Notes: generated by a model not told the origin, from the letters alone. 64,000 nucleotides of DNA from Candidatus Aenigmatarchaeota archaeon (GCA_016198685.1 JACQID010000004.1:1-64000), one strand, 5' to 3'. Shown: positions 1 to 10,185, counted from the first letter of the stretch. Numbers and translations: made by a program.

Positions 1-210
1 AGCGCACGTTTTCGCAAACACGGACGATCCGTCAATCAGGCGGTAATAGCGGTCGTTCCCTAAGCAGTAGTATCCTGAAGACGTGACCATACCTGTCGGG
101 TTGGCGAAATCTGAGACAGCGTCTTTTATATCGTCAAGAAATGATGCGGAAGAGAATGAAATGACGAAAAGAAATGCTATAATCGCTATTTGGCGTTTAT
201 ATACCATCAT
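1..210 (-). CDS. Secreted/surface protein, 5' part only (runs off window start)
   Basis: Hand-translated, not in ORF track: MMVYKRQIAIIAFLFVISFSSASFLDDIKDAVSDFANPTGMVTSSGYYC..., open to position 1; signal-peptide-like N-terminus. Confidence 0.6.
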   Translation of the reverse strand, partial: MMVYKRQIAIIAFLFVISFSSASFLDDIKDAVSDFANPTGMVTSSGYYCLGNDRYYRLIDGSSVFAKTCA

Positions 211-235
211 TTCATTTGTTTAGGTGAATATATAT

Positions 236-1498
236 CTATTCAAGATGCGTATCTTCCGCTCGTGCAATTTCTACCTCTACAACTTCACCCGCTAAATGCG
301 GGCCACGCAATACTACTGGTTTATAGGCATAGTTTCTGCCGAGCCATGTGCCTTTATCCGGCTTGTATTCGTCAACAAGAACGGTGCCCTTCCAGCCTAT
401 CCATTTCTGATTGCTTTCAAGCATGAGATCTTTGACTACTCGGCTCAGAATCCGGGTTCGTTCTTTCTTTATGTCAGAAGCCACCTGCTTCATCTTAGCT
501 GCAGGGGTATTCGGTCTCCACCCGTAAGCGGAAATATTCACGAAGTCTGGCCTAGTTTCTTCTATAAACCTTACGGTTTCTGCAAATTCCTCCTCTGTCT
601 CTGCCGGATGCCCGACAATGATATCCGTCCATACGGTCATTTCCGGAAATGCCGCCTTGAATTTTTTGATGACTATTTTGTATTCATCGGTGGAATTTTT
701 CCTGTTCATTTTCTTGAGCATGGAATTGCTGCCCGATTGCTGCGGCACATGCAGGAACTTGAATACCTTTTCGTTTTTGTATGCTTCAATCAGTTCATCG
801 ATTATCGGCAGTACTGATGCCGGATGAAGCATGCCTATGCGAATGAAAAAATCACCTTGCAGTCCAGTTATCTTGTTTATCAGATCTGGAAGAAGGATTC
901 CATTGTCGTTGTAACCCGCAACTTCCTGCCCTGTTATCCAAAATTCGCGTACTCCTTCAACCAGTGAAAGTTCGATCTCCTTGACGATGTCCCTTGCGGG
1001 ATAAGGATACTGTCCGCCCTTGGCAAATTTTGTTGAGCAGAATGAGCAGAAATAACCGCAGCCTGACTGGACCTCCATTATGCGTATCGTGCCGTTTTGT
1101 ATCTTGGGCATGAGAACCTTCGGCGTCTTGCTCTTGCCTAATAATACGGTCTTTTCGCCGGCTAGTGTATTGTCGACCACGGTTTCTATTTCCGCAACCC
1201 TGTTGGTTCCTATCTGGCTCAATTCAGGATAATCCTTTCCAAGATTGACAGCCTCAGGCAGGCATCCCGCAAGCACGAGTTTCTTTCCTTTGTTCCGTAG
1301 CTGCTCTATGCGGTGCCGTTCTTTATTCTCGGTCTTCTGCTTGACCGAGCACAGATTAAGAATGACGAGGTCGGCTTTTTCATCGTTCTCTACAAGCTCA
1401 TATCCTTTCTGCTTCAATGTTCCGCCCATTATCTGGGAATCCATCTGGTTGCTGCTGCAGCCATATGTTTCTATATAGACTTTCTTTTTGTCGCTCAC
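236..1498 (-). CDS. mtaB: MiaB-family radical SAM tRNA methylthiotransferase (archaeal t6A methylthiotransferase, MtaB/CDKAL1-like)
   Basis: UPF0004 N-terminus ETYGCSSNQMDS...LNLCSVK...AGC; radical SAM CGYFCSFC; C-terminal TRAM-like region. Confidence 0.9.
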   Translation of the reverse strand: MSDKKKVYIETYGCSSNQMDSQIMGGTLKQKGYELVENDEKADLVILNLCSVKQKTENKERHRIEQLRNKGKKLVLAGCLPEAVNLGKDYPELSQIGTNRVAEIETVVDNTLAGEKTVLLGKSKTPKVLMPKIQNGTIRIMEVQSGCGYFCSFCSTKFAKGGQYPYPARDIVKEIELSLVEGVREFWITGQEVAGYNDNGILLPDLINKITGLQGDFFIRIGMLHPASVLPIIDELIEAYKNEKVFKFLHVPQQSGSNSMLKKMNRKNSTDEYKIVIKKFKAAFPEMTVWTDIIVGHPAETEEEFAETVRFIEETRPDFVNISAYGWRPNTPAAKMKQVASDIKKERTRILSRVVKDLMLESNQKWIGWKGTVLVDEYKPDKGTWLGRNYAYKPVVLRGPHLAGEVVEVEIARAEDTHLE

Positions 1499-1548
1499 GT
1501 TACCAGTTTTTTGGTTAACTATATATGCTTTTGCTACAATGTTCGCCT

Positions 1549-1806
1549 ATGGGTATGGTTGCAGTTACGCTTAACATAATGCCCGCATCAGTAGATACTG
1601 ATCTTGCAAAAATCAAGGATGAGATAAAGAAGCTGCAGATAAACGTGAAAACCATCGAAGAGAAACCCGTGGCCTTTGGTCTTAGGAAACTTGAGGTCCT
1701 ATTCACTATGGAAGACGCCGATGGTGGCATTGACAGGATTGAAGAAGCTATCGGCAAGATTGAAGGCGTAGAAAGTGTGGAAGCCGGCGACATCAGTTTG
1801 GTCTGA
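1549..1806 (+). CDS. ef1b: Elongation factor 1-beta
   Basis: MGMVAVTLNIMP...EEKPVAFGLRKLEV...IEGVESVE, typical aEF-1beta; start set at ATG 1549. Confidence 0.92.
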   Translation: MGMVAVTLNIMPASVDTDLAKIKDEIKKLQINVKTIEEKPVAFGLRKLEVLFTMEDADGGIDRIEEAIGKIEGVESVEAGDISLV

Positions 1807-1812
1807 TTTTAT

Positions 1813-2193
1813 CTATAAAAAATACCCCATTACATCTTTTGGCCAAAGAGCCACTGCTTCATTGTCGCATTTATACGGAACTTCTTTTCTTGGAACCCAT
1901 AATGCCTCGATCAAGTCACTGCCGGGATGCAGATTCACATCGTCCGGAATGCATAGATACCATGCAACTGAATTTCTGTCATTAATCATAGTGCAAATAT
2001 ATCGGGCAAGGCTGACATCTATTCCTGCCTCTTCGTAGGCGCATCGTATAATGCCGTCAAGCTCGTTTTCTCTTGGCTGAAGCTTTTCGCCTGGCAGATG
2101 CCATTTATCTGCAAGAAATCCATAGGGAACTTTCTTTCCTATAAGGACATGGTCACGGTGCAGGTCATGAACAATTAGGGCTACGGCGTTCAT
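1813..2193 (-). CDS. NUDIX hydrolase
   Basis: Nudix box variant WHLPGEKLQPRENELDGIIRCAYEEAGI (RE replaced by RC); start set at MNAVA. Confidence 0.8.
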   Translation of the reverse strand: MNAVALIVHDLHRDHVLIGKKVPYGFLADKWHLPGEKLQPRENELDGIIRCAYEEAGIDVSLARYICTMINDRNSVAWYLCIPDDVNLHPGSDLIEALWVPRKEVPYKCDNEAVALWPKDVMGYFL

Positions 2194-2224
2194 AATAATA
2201 ACTTTTTTGTTGCTCAAGACGAAA

Positions 2225-2764
2225 TCAGACAGAGGCGCTCTTTCCACAGCCGCAGGTCGCCTTGGCGTTTGGATTGTTCACTTTAAAGCCAGAAGCCTGA
2301 AGGCTTTCAATATAGTCTATGGTAGAGCCGTCTACTTTTCCGGCTTCTTTTTTATTCATGTATATTTTTATGCCCCTGTCTTGTGCTATAACATCGTCAT
2401 TCTTGGGCATGTCAAATTCCATTGTGTAGCTATATCCTGCACAGCCGCCAGGTCTCACGCCGAACCGGAGGCCCTGGCCGGGCTTGGATTCTATTCCAAG
2501 TTCCTTCATCTTCTTCGCTGCGACGTCAGTAAGCGACACAGATGCCCTATCAGAACCATTGCCATCCTGCTTCAGATCATTTAGTTTTTTCAGAAGCAGA
2601 TTCGTCTCAACGCCCTGCATTTTCGCCGCAGTTTCTATCGTATCTGACATATCGGCGCCGCAGCCGAGCTTCATGTCAAAGGATCTTAAAACTTCAACCG
2701 CGCCAGGATAGTTCTCAAGGACTTCCCCAAGCGGCATCTGAGCCGTTATTGCCATAAAAATCAC
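2225..2764 (-). CDS. DUF1858-like domain fused to A-type Fe-S carrier (IscA/HesB family)
   Basis: N-terminal ITAQMPLGEVLENYPGAVEVL (DUF1858-like); C-terminal VSLTDVAAKK...GGCAGYSY...NPNAKATCGCGKS with the three A-type carrier Cys. Confidence 0.85.
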   Translation of the reverse strand: MIFMAITAQMPLGEVLENYPGAVEVLRSFDMKLGCGADMSDTIETAAKMQGVETNLLLKKLNDLKQDGNGSDRASVSLTDVAAKKMKELGIESKPGQGLRFGVRPGGCAGYSYTMEFDMPKNDDVIAQDRGIKIYMNKKEAGKVDGSTIDYIESLQASGFKVNNPNAKATCGCGKSASV

Positions 2765-3015
2765 TAGATTATCTTCTTGCCCGTTTCCTTGTCTATTATG
2801 TGTATTATATTCGCCGGGCAGCCTTCAGCAGCCTGCTTGTTGCATTCAAGGTCAATCTCATCTACCTCGAGAATGTGAAGATCGCCTTCCTTATGTGAGC
2901 CGACAAGGTCGGCCTTGCCATCATCCGCCATGACCCAGTGCTTGTCAGCAAGTGCCGCGCAGACACCTGCGCCTATGCATCCGGATCTCTGGTATTCTAT
3001 TCGGTATTTGCCCAT
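2764..3015 (-). CDS. Ferredoxin (mono-cluster type)
   Basis: CIGAGVC...AAEGCPANII motifs; start set at MGKYRIEY. Confidence 0.85.
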   Translation of the reverse strand: MGKYRIEYQRSGCIGAGVCAALADKHWVMADDGKADLVGSHKEGDLHILEVDEIDLECNKQAAEGCPANIIHIIDKETGKKII

Positions 3016-3250
3016 AATTATCTCATCATGATTAAATTCAAAGTTTAAAAATCTACTGTTTTCAGACAGTATATCTGCATATAGGCGGCTATTAATCATC
3101 TGTATTTTTCTTGCGTATTTTCGGATAAATTTTGTCCCAGACCATCCTGAAGTCTTTTTCTAATAATTCAAACGCTTTCGTATGGGCTTCATCTCTCATG
3201 CAATAAAAATCATCTTACAGTTATTTAAACGGCAAGGGGAAAATTACATT

Positions 3251-4246
3251 ATGGGCATACAGCTAACGCCCCTGGCAAAAGGAAGGCAGATAGAAATAAG
3301 CGAGCTTTCGGGAAGGATCATTGCAGTTGATGCCCTGAACTGGATTTATCAATTCCTGTCAATAATACGGCAAAGAGATGGACAGCCATTGATGGATTCT
3401 TCCGGCAATATTACTTCCCATCTCTCAGGGATATTTTACCGCTCCCTGAATCTTATGGAAGCCGGAGTAAAGCTTGTCTATGTTTTTGACGGCAAACCAC
3501 CTAAATTGAAGGAAAAAACCGCAGAACTGCGTCGGGAAGCAAGAAAAGAAGCTGCTGAGAAATGGCAAGCTGCAAGGGAACGCGGAGATGACGAAGAAGC
3601 AAAAAAGTACGCAATGCGTTCTTCAGTCATAACGAATCAGATGCTTGAGGAATCTCGTTTGCTGCTTGACGCTATGGGGATTCCTTGGATAATCGCTCCT
3701 TCTGAAGGCGAAGCTCTTTGTTCTGTCATGGTTGCCAAGGGTGATGCATATGCCGCGGCAACGCAGGACTATGATGCTTTCCTTTTCGGGTGCTCGCGGG
3801 TCGTAAGGAACCTCTCGATCTCAAACAATAAGCGCAACATATTTCCGGAGATGCTGACGGTCAAGGACTTGACAGAATCACTGGGCATAACGCGGGAGCA
3901 ACTTATCTTATTAGGCATCCTTGTCGGGACAGACTATAACCCAGGGGGAATTAACGGCATAGGCCCGAAGAAGGCATTGGCGCTAGTGAAAAAATATCCG
4001 ACACTCAATGAGATTCTTCCTAACATCCAATGGCCGTTTGAAGTACCTATGCAGGAAATATTTGACTTCTTCTACACGCCCATAGAAGCCGCTTACGAGA
4101 TAAAATTCAAGCCCCTTGACACTGAAAAAGTCAAAGAGATACTGTGTAACCGGCATGAGTTTTCTATTGAACGCATAGAGAGCGGTCTTGCAAGAATCCA
4201 GGAAACAAAGGCCGCCGGCCAGAAATCATTGAATAAGTGGTTTTAG
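3251..4246 (+). CDS. fen: Flap endonuclease 1
   Basis: AVDALNWIYQFL, VFDGKPP, APSEGEA, TQDYDAFLFG, GTDYNPGG; C-terminal PIP box QKSLNKWF. Confidence 0.96.
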   Translation: MGIQLTPLAKGRQIEISELSGRIIAVDALNWIYQFLSIIRQRDGQPLMDSSGNITSHLSGIFYRSLNLMEAGVKLVYVFDGKPPKLKEKTAELRREARKEAAEKWQAARERGDDEEAKKYAMRSSVITNQMLEESRLLLDAMGIPWIIAPSEGEALCSVMVAKGDAYAAATQDYDAFLFGCSRVVRNLSISNNKRNIFPEMLTVKDLTESLGITREQLILLGILVGTDYNPGGINGIGPKKALALVKKYPTLNEILPNIQWPFEVPMQEIFDFFYTPIEAAYEIKFKPLDTEKVKEILCNRHEFSIERIESGLARIQETKAAGQKSLNKWF

Positions 4247-4340
4247 ATAAAATTAAAATGAAAAAAAGAAATCGATAATTTATCGTGGCAATGCGCAGTA
4301 TGTGTTGCCAGAGGTAGCAGTTCTATTAATGGTCGTGGTA

Positions 4341-4685
4341 TCAACCAGTGTCAGATGCACTCGGCAAACTGCATCCGCATTTTGCGACTATACATGTTTG
4401 AGTATCTGCAAATTTAGCCTCTTGGCATAATTCCGCAATATCTAAAGTGCTTGCCTCTGCATCGCCGGGTTTTCTATATTGTGCTTTTGATAAGGGCACC
4501 CTGTCTATATCGCAATTATATGCATTAACAAAAGTGGCGCATGCCGTAGATATGGCATTATTGAGTTCTATTGAATTCTGCCCCTGCCCTACATTCACGG
4601 CGAAGAAGCCGCCTATGACCATGAGAACAAGGACAGCTATCGCAACGATAACAATTGTGTTTATGGGGAGAGAAACGCCCTTCAT
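4341..4685 (-). CDS. Type IV pilin-like protein (class III signal peptide)
   Basis: MKG|VSLPINTIVIVAIAVLVLMVIGGFF; small Cys-rich C-domain. Confidence 0.75.
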   Translation of the reverse strand: MKGVSLPINTIVIVAIAVLVLMVIGGFFAVNVGQGQNSIELNNAISTACATFVNAYNCDIDRVPLSKAQYRKPGDAEASTLDIAELCQEAKFADTQTCIVAKCGCSLPSASDTG

Positions 4686-4718
4686 GTTTTCATATTGGGA
4701 TCGGGATTATATAAAGAT

Positions 4719-5129
4719 TCATTCTTCAGCAGAAGGCGGGCAGAATGCAGCGCAGCATATTCGGGCGCATGAAAAATCAAGGCTCCCGCTCCCTGAGCAT
4801 TCTACAATGCCGGTCCTCTGGCAAGCGGCTTTGAGGTTTTGTGCTTTTTCTGAGAGTTGCGCCTGTGTTTCCGAAGCCTTGGTTATATCTTCTGAATCGG
4901 CTCCCGGCGGAAGCGATACGGATGTAAAATCAAGATGGCGGCTCTGTTCACATTGCGTTCTTGCGATGTATTCGCCGCACACGCTCACTATCGTCTGCCT
5001 TGCTTTTAGCTCTTCGGTCGCTGGAGTGAAAGAGCCAAAGAAAAACATCAACACCGCCCCAAGAACGATGATGGACAGTATGACTATGACAATTGTTTCT
5101 ACCGGCAGTGCCGAGCCTTTCATTGTCAT
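4719..5129 (-). CDS. Type IV pilin-like protein (class III signal peptide)
   Basis: MTMKG|SALPVETIVIVILSIIVLGAVLMFFF; Cys-rich C-terminus; N-terminus resembles that of the neighbour at 4341. Confidence 0.75.
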   Translation of the reverse strand: MTMKGSALPVETIVIVILSIIVLGAVLMFFFGSFTPATEELKARQTIVSVCGEYIARTQCEQSRHLDFTSVSLPPGADSEDITKASETQAQLSEKAQNLKAACQRTGIVECSGSGSLDFSCARICCAAFCPPSAEE

Positions 5130-5155
5130 ATATTTGCCGTTTAGTATATATTACT

Positions 5156-6298
5156 TTAGAATCCGCCTTGACATTCGTATCCTATCCGCGTGGCGGTGCA
5201 TTCAGGGTTGGCGCATATTTCAATCTCTGCCCATGTCCCGCCGAATGCATGGCAGCAAGTCTGGCTCCCTTCTTTTTCCGAGCGGTCGCAGAAATATGAG
5301 CCTGTGCATGCATAATTTCCGTAAATGCCGCCGCTTACCATGTTTTCTCCAATTGCCGCAAGCGAGGTGCCGCAGGTATATATTTGTCCCCCGGAGCATA
5401 TCGCATCCCCTATACGTTGTATATTGTATCTTCCTGCACTCGATGCGCAATTCAGCGCAATTGATGTGCCTGTGGATCTTACGGGAAGCGTGAAGCGTGC
5501 TTCCACGAATTGAATATCGTCGAAATGCCGGTTGAGAACGCCTTTATCCGTTACTACAGAATCAACGGCATAACGAAGATCGATGCCCTTCTGTCCTTCT
5601 GCGGCTTCTATTGACGTAGAGATGCTTTCTACGTTTGTATCGACGTTTCCGCCGGACAGCCTTGCGATTGCTGAAATTATCCTGTTGCGCACCTCATCTT
5701 CGTAAGCTCTTGAACTCATATCGGACGTTGAATATTGGCGTGCCGCAATCGTTTCGGTTACTGTGCGCTCAACGGTATTGCCTTTCTCTATCATGAGCGG
5801 AAGAAGCACGGCAACTGAATACTCCCTCAAGAAAGACGCGCGTGCGCTTGACTCAAAGAAATTTATTCCTATTGTGCCTTTAGCGTGCAGATTGACTCTG
5901 TCATCTAGTATCTCAAACTCGGGATTTATCCCGTTCAAGTTGAGAATAATCCTGTTTATGTCAAGGCTCCTTTCAGGAAGAAGGCTCTTGGCATTCTGTG
6001 ACAGCCGCTCTTGCACGAATTCCTTTGTCACGCCGGACTTCCAATCCCAGCTTGCGGATTCTTTGGCAAGCAAGAACACCGATTCAGGAGCGGCGATCTT
6101 CCAGAACGCGTCAAGGCTTCTGTTTGCTGCCCAATAAACATTGTTTACGGTGTAAAGCTTTGCTTCTTCCTGTGCCATGAATATCTGTCTTCCTGTGGAT
6201 GTTATTATGAACACTACAAGTATTACGGAAAATCCAACGACCATGATGGTCATGAACAGGGATTGTATTGCCCCTCCTTGCCCTTTCAGGTCAGTCAC
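5156..6298 (-). CDS. Large pilin-like protein (class III signal peptide)
   Basis: MTDLKG|QGGAIQSLF followed by a hydrophobic helix; Cys-rich tail. Confidence 0.6.
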   Translation of the reverse strand: MTDLKGQGGAIQSLFMTIMVVGFSVILVVFIITSTGRQIFMAQEEAKLYTVNNVYWAANRSLDAFWKIAAPESVFLLAKESASWDWKSGVTKEFVQERLSQNAKSLLPERSLDINRIILNLNGINPEFEILDDRVNLHAKGTIGINFFESSARASFLREYSVAVLLPLMIEKGNTVERTVTETIAARQYSTSDMSSRAYEDEVRNRIISAIARLSGGNVDTNVESISTSIEAAEGQKGIDLRYAVDSVVTDKGVLNRHFDDIQFVEARFTLPVRSTGTSIALNCASSAGRYNIQRIGDAICSGGQIYTCGTSLAAIGENMVSGGIYGNYACTGSYFCDRSEKEGSQTCCHAFGGTWAEIEICANPECTATRIGYECQGGF

Positions 6299-7154
6299 TT
6301 GTTGTCACCTTCACGTAGCCTGTTCTGTCCTTATAGAAAAGCGGTATCTTTGCTTCGGCAATCTTGCCCTGTATCTCCAGAACTTTAGGGTCGATGGAGC
6401 AGCAATAAGGCGTCTTGCCGGCATTTGCAAGTTTGCATGATTCTTCGTACTCCGGCAGTCGTATCGTGCCGCCGCATCCTCCGCCGGAACATATGCCTTT
6501 TTCCAGGGGACCGCACTTTACAACCCCGATTCTTTCCTTCTCAGGTCGGTCATATTTATGATCAAGCCACTTATTGTAATCTTCTTCGCTCGCAGCGATG
6601 CAGCATATCTTTCGTGCTTCCGTGAATGAACGGCTGCAAGAGTTTGCGCCGCCTTCTATTTCAATCTTGCCGGCATTGCAGTCTCCCATGAGAACCCCGC
6701 TGCTGAACCCGCCGGAAACTTGCTGGACACAGACGCCCTGCAGGTCGCTACCGCATTTCTGAAGGCTGCCGGACTGAAGGATCGGCATATCTTCCCCGTC
6801 GGTCTCAAGGCTTATCTCATAATAGTTCAGGTCATATTCTCCCAGGAATCTTGACATCTCTATTCCGAGCCTTTCTTTCTTTGCAGGATCCATGCCCTTT
6901 TGGATGAAAGCCTCATACATATGAGTCATTATCGATCTTCCTTCAACCGTGGCGTTCGTAAGTATGCTCGCAACTGTGTAAGGCGTGTTTATCACGTCCA
7001 GATAATTTACTGCGTATACTGCTTGACCCGGATTCAGAGGGCAGAATGGCAATTCAACGCATATGAGCATGAATAACAGAACTATGAGAGATATCACTAT
7101 AGCTATAATCAGGATTTTTGTCCCAAGAACGCTGTCTATGAATCCTTTCTGCAT
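6291..7154 (-). CDS. Pilin-like protein with Cys-rich domain
   Basis: MQKG|FIDSVLG followed by hydrophobic helix; many Cys. Confidence 0.6.
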   Translation of the reverse strand: MQKGFIDSVLGTKILIIAIVISLIVLLFMLICVELPFCPLNPGQAVYAVNYLDVINTPYTVASILTNATVEGRSIMTHMYEAFIQKGMDPAKKERLGIEMSRFLGEYDLNYYEISLETDGEDMPILQSGSLQKCGSDLQGVCVQQVSGGFSSGVLMGDCNAGKIEIEGGANSCSRSFTEARKICCIAASEEDYNKWLDHKYDRPEKERIGVVKCGPLEKGICSGGGCGGTIRLPEYEESCKLANAGKTPYCCSIDPKVLEIQGKIAEAKIPLFYKDRTGYVKVTTSD

Positions 7155-7155
7155 T

Positions 7156-8079
7156 TTACGACCCCTCGTCTATGCAAAGATAAATTTGCCCGATCTCTTC
7201 GCGGGTTTCTGCGACCTTGCTCTCGTAATCACCGCACTCGGCATTGGAGGCTTCAAGCGTTTCGCCCTTCCGCAGGGGAACGGCCTTGAGCGCGAACTGC
7301 GGAGAGGTATATGTCACTATATGAGTATCTAGCGAATAGTAAAAGTCATCAGGAAGCTTGAATGACTCAAACGGTAGCATTTCGTCAATAGTGCGGCATC
7401 CGCGTGTTTCTTCCTTGCCGTCTTCAACTTTAATGTAGCAAAGCTGGCCGGATTCTTTTTTCAAATATAAATTGCAATATTCGCCTCTTATCCGTGAGCC
7501 CGCAAGTCCCGGCACGGCGGTTTCTCGGGTCTCTACGCACGCAATCGAAGTAGCCAGCGTTTGCGCCTGGCCCGTTGCATAAGCTTCTGCAAGCATGCAC
7601 GATACATCCGTGAGCCATGTTCTATAGACCTTTATAGTGAGCTTTGCAGGACCTGCATATTCATCGCGCCTGACTGCAACTACAAATTCTTTTTCGGCAT
7701 CGTTCGAGTATTCTTTGCTTACATCCGACGGTTCAAACCCAAATTCCCATATGTTTCCTCCGTCGGCATTTTTTATTTTTGGATCAAGGCTTTCTATTTT
7801 CATGTGATATGCCATGCTGCAGTGGCGGCCTATAGGCTCTTGCAGCGGACTTGCCATATATTCATCGAGTTTTTCGGCGAGGAATATCCCCCTTTGCTCG
7901 GTAGCGGGACCGGATAGCAGCGTGTTTCCTATCTCACGCGAGGCCTTCTGCGTGAAATCGAGTCCGGTAGTCGTGTACACGTTGGTCATAAACAGTACCA
8001 TAGCTACTATGAAAATGCCGAATGCTACCATACGAATGACTGCAAGAATCTCGTCGGGAACTGGAAATTCTTCTGACAA
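7156..8079 (-). CDS. N-terminally anchored exported protein (pilin array member)
   Basis: TTG start, in-frame stop just upstream; single N-terminal TM helix; no KG leader. Confidence 0.6.
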   Translation of the reverse strand: MSEEFPVPDEILAVIRMVAFGIFIVAMVLFMTNVYTTTGLDFTQKASREIGNTLLSGPATEQRGIFLAEKLDEYMASPLQEPIGRHCSMAYHMKIESLDPKIKNADGGNIWEFGFEPSDVSKEYSNDAEKEFVVAVRRDEYAGPAKLTIKVYRTWLTDVSCMLAEAYATGQAQTLATSIACVETRETAVPGLAGSRIRGEYCNLYLKKESGQLCYIKVEDGKEETRGCRTIDEMLPFESFKLPDDFYYSLDTHIVTYTSPQFALKAVPLRKGETLEASNAECGDYESKVAETREEIGQIYLCIDEGS

Positions 8080-8083
8080 ATTA

Positions 8084-8485
8084 TCAGCCTCTCACAATTA
8101 TTATGTTTTCATTTCTTTCAAATACAATTTGGTCGTGCTCGGAACAGTCAAAGCTTGCAGGCACGACGGGGGCCGCATACTGTATCGTCCCGACAGATGC
8201 CTTGGCTTCTTTTTCTCCGGGACTAAGAGTCATAGTCACGCGGTCGCCCAAGGTAAGTATGCATTCCTTGTCCGGAAGCTCATAAGAATGGCTCGTGCCT
8301 GCCGGCGATTGTTGCATTATGTTAATAATTCCGGATATTTCCGAGGCATATCTTTCCGCAGAGAGTTGTCCTGCTTGGGCCGCGCCCTGATATAGCGGGC
8401 TGTATGCCGCGATTGTGACTATGGCGGTTACCAGAAGCAGGATAGTAAAGAACATCATCATGCCTTTCATGACGATACTTGTCAT
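8084..8485 (-). CDS. Minor pilin-like protein
   Basis: MKG|MMMFFTILLLVTAIV...; helix ERYASEISGIINIM followed by beta-rich domain. Confidence 0.6.
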   Translation of the reverse strand: MTSIVMKGMMMFFTILLLVTAIVTIAAYSPLYQGAAQAGQLSAERYASEISGIINIMQQSPAGTSHSYELPDKECILTLGDRVTMTLSPGEKEAKASVGTIQYAAPVVPASFDCSEHDQIVFERNENIIIVRG

Positions 8486-8501
8486 GATGCTCTAATATCC
8501 T

Positions 8502-9860
8502 TTAGCGCGGGGCACTCCACGGCCACTGCCATGTTACGCCGCCTACTTTGCCTCTGACTCTATCCCATATGGCGGCGATCTCCGAGGGTTTGACCGTCGG
8601 CACCGTATAAATGAAGATATTCTTCTCAATAGCTATTACGTTATTTTTGACGGGCGTGGGGCGGTCGTTTATCACAGGGGTTTCGGGTATGAAACCGAAG
8701 GGAGGATTGTAGGTGTAGCAGCCCCCGTTTCGTCTCTCCTGAGTTTCCACGATGACGCAGCTGGAGGGCTTTTCATTTGCCGCCTCGTCAGCCGCTTTTT
8801 CACGCTTCATGCCGTCCATGCAGATATAGCTATAATCGGAATTCTCCTGCAATCTCAAGAATTTCTCGCCATCGTATGAATAAAGCGGGTATTTCGCATA
8901 TTTGTCGCAAGTGCATTCCCCCACGCGCACGGTTATCTCGTCTATTTGGCAGGGACTGTTCAGATAAAAATTGCTCTGGTCCTTGTCATCGAGGGCATAT
9001 ATGTCCGCCGGAAGAACGGGCGTAATAATGCCTGCAGGGCGGGATGTTATGACATCTTTGACTGCGTCATAAAGGCCGATGGCTTTGGCATTCAGCTCTA
9101 TGTGCGTAGGGCTGGCAACTTCCGGATCGCCGGTTGTCGCGGCACAATTCTTGAGAGGCAGCGTGTACACGGCCGCAGGCGTCTTTACGCAAAGCGAACC
9201 TGCGCCGCATGCCATATATTTGACCAGCGTCCTGTTGAAATCCGAAGGATTGTAGCTCAGAACGAATGTTCCGTCAGGATTGCGTTTTCCTGCGCCTGCG
9301 TTCTGCCTGATGCCGCCCGTTCTTGCAGTTTCCATGCTCAAAAGGTCAGTGGATTCGGGAAGTATTATGTTATTGACGACTATTTCGTAATTTTCTATGC
9401 CGAGTTCCTGAAGCTTCGGGAGGGCTTTCGCGCGGACGTCTTCCTTGAATTGGAGAAACTGCTTGCGCGTGAAAGCCTCTCCGTAATCTATCTGGGCGAA
9501 TACGATAGCCTGCGGCAAACCGTCATGCAGATAGGTCTCCCAGCTCACCGCCTCCCCTATAGGGAATGCTTCATAATATAATAGGTATTCGGGATCTATG
9601 TTCATCTTTATCTTTGCCGCTGCCTGCAGGGCATACGTTGTGCTTCCCTGGGGCATCCCGAATTTGGTAACCTCGACTTCCTTTCCCGGTCCGATGAAGC
9701 AGGCTTCCTCTATGGCGCTTCTCAGCTTTTCTGTATTTGCAAAGGAGATCTGCTCATACGGTTTTAGATCAGCAAACAATGCTACAATGAATACTATGAC
9801 TATCATAGCCACAAGCAGGCTTGTCAGCGTGTTAAGTATGAGAATTGTGGTCTGGCTCAT
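8502..9860 (-). CDS. Large N-terminally anchored exported protein (pilin array member)
   Basis: N-terminal TM helix, ANTEKLRSAIEEAC helix; start overlaps upstream stop (ATGA). Confidence 0.65.
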   Translation of the reverse strand: MSQTTILILNTLTSLLVAMIVIVFIVALFADLKPYEQISFANTEKLRSAIEEACFIGPGKEVEVTKFGMPQGSTTYALQAAAKIKMNIDPEYLLYYEAFPIGEAVSWETYLHDGLPQAIVFAQIDYGEAFTRKQFLQFKEDVRAKALPKLQELGIENYEIVVNNIILPESTDLLSMETARTGGIRQNAGAGKRNPDGTFVLSYNPSDFNRTLVKYMACGAGSLCVKTPAAVYTLPLKNCAATTGDPEVASPTHIELNAKAIGLYDAVKDVITSRPAGIITPVLPADIYALDDKDQSNFYLNSPCQIDEITVRVGECTCDKYAKYPLYSYDGEKFLRLQENSDYSYICMDGMKREKAADEAANEKPSSCVIVETQERRNGGCYTYNPPFGFIPETPVINDRPTPVKNNVIAIEKNIFIYTVPTVKPSEIAAIWDRVRGKVGGVTWQWPWSAPR

Positions 9861-9979
9861 GAAAGATACCCCTTTATGATGCTCCAGAGGTCTATATTCG
9901 CGTTTGAAATGTAAGCCAAGAGCACTGCCAGAAGTATGAGCATTGCGGCCATTGCAACGACAACTTCAACGGGTTTCAT
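9857..9979 (-). CDS. 40-aa single-TM microprotein (pilin-like)
   Basis: Hand-translated MKPVEVVVAMAAMLILLAVLLAYISNANIDLWSIIKGYLS*; TGA overlaps next ATG (ATGA coupling). Confidence 0.65.
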   Translation of the reverse strand: MKPVEVVVAMAAMLILLAVLLAYISNANIDLWSIIKGYLS

Positions 9980-9980
9980 T

Positions 9981-10133
9981 CTATCTGCCTATAATTCTGA
10001 ATAAGCTTGTTACCTTGTCTGCAAGGAAATCTGAGTTGGGAAGGAATATACTCATAGCCAGTCCCATTACCAATAGGATTATAAGCATGGACCAGCCGGC
10101 CCTTACCAATGTTTCTATGTTCAGAGATAGCAT
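9981..10133 (-). CDS. 50-aa single-TM microprotein (pilin-like)
   Basis: Hand-translated MLSLNIETLVRAGWSMLIILLVMGLAMSIFLPNSDFLADKVTSLFRIIGR*; stop is 1 nt before next ATG. Confidence 0.6.
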   Translation of the reverse strand: MLSLNIETLVRAGWSMLIILLVMGLAMSIFLPNSDFLADKVTSLFRIIGR

Positions 10134-10185
10134 TCTCTCGTTGAATATTATGGCAATGACGGCATTTATGCTTTCTTTGCCGTGT

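Noticed and set aside
4447-5493. 348-aa plus-strand ORF
   Set aside because: Antisense shadow of three pilin-like genes; composition is not protein-like and it has no motifs.
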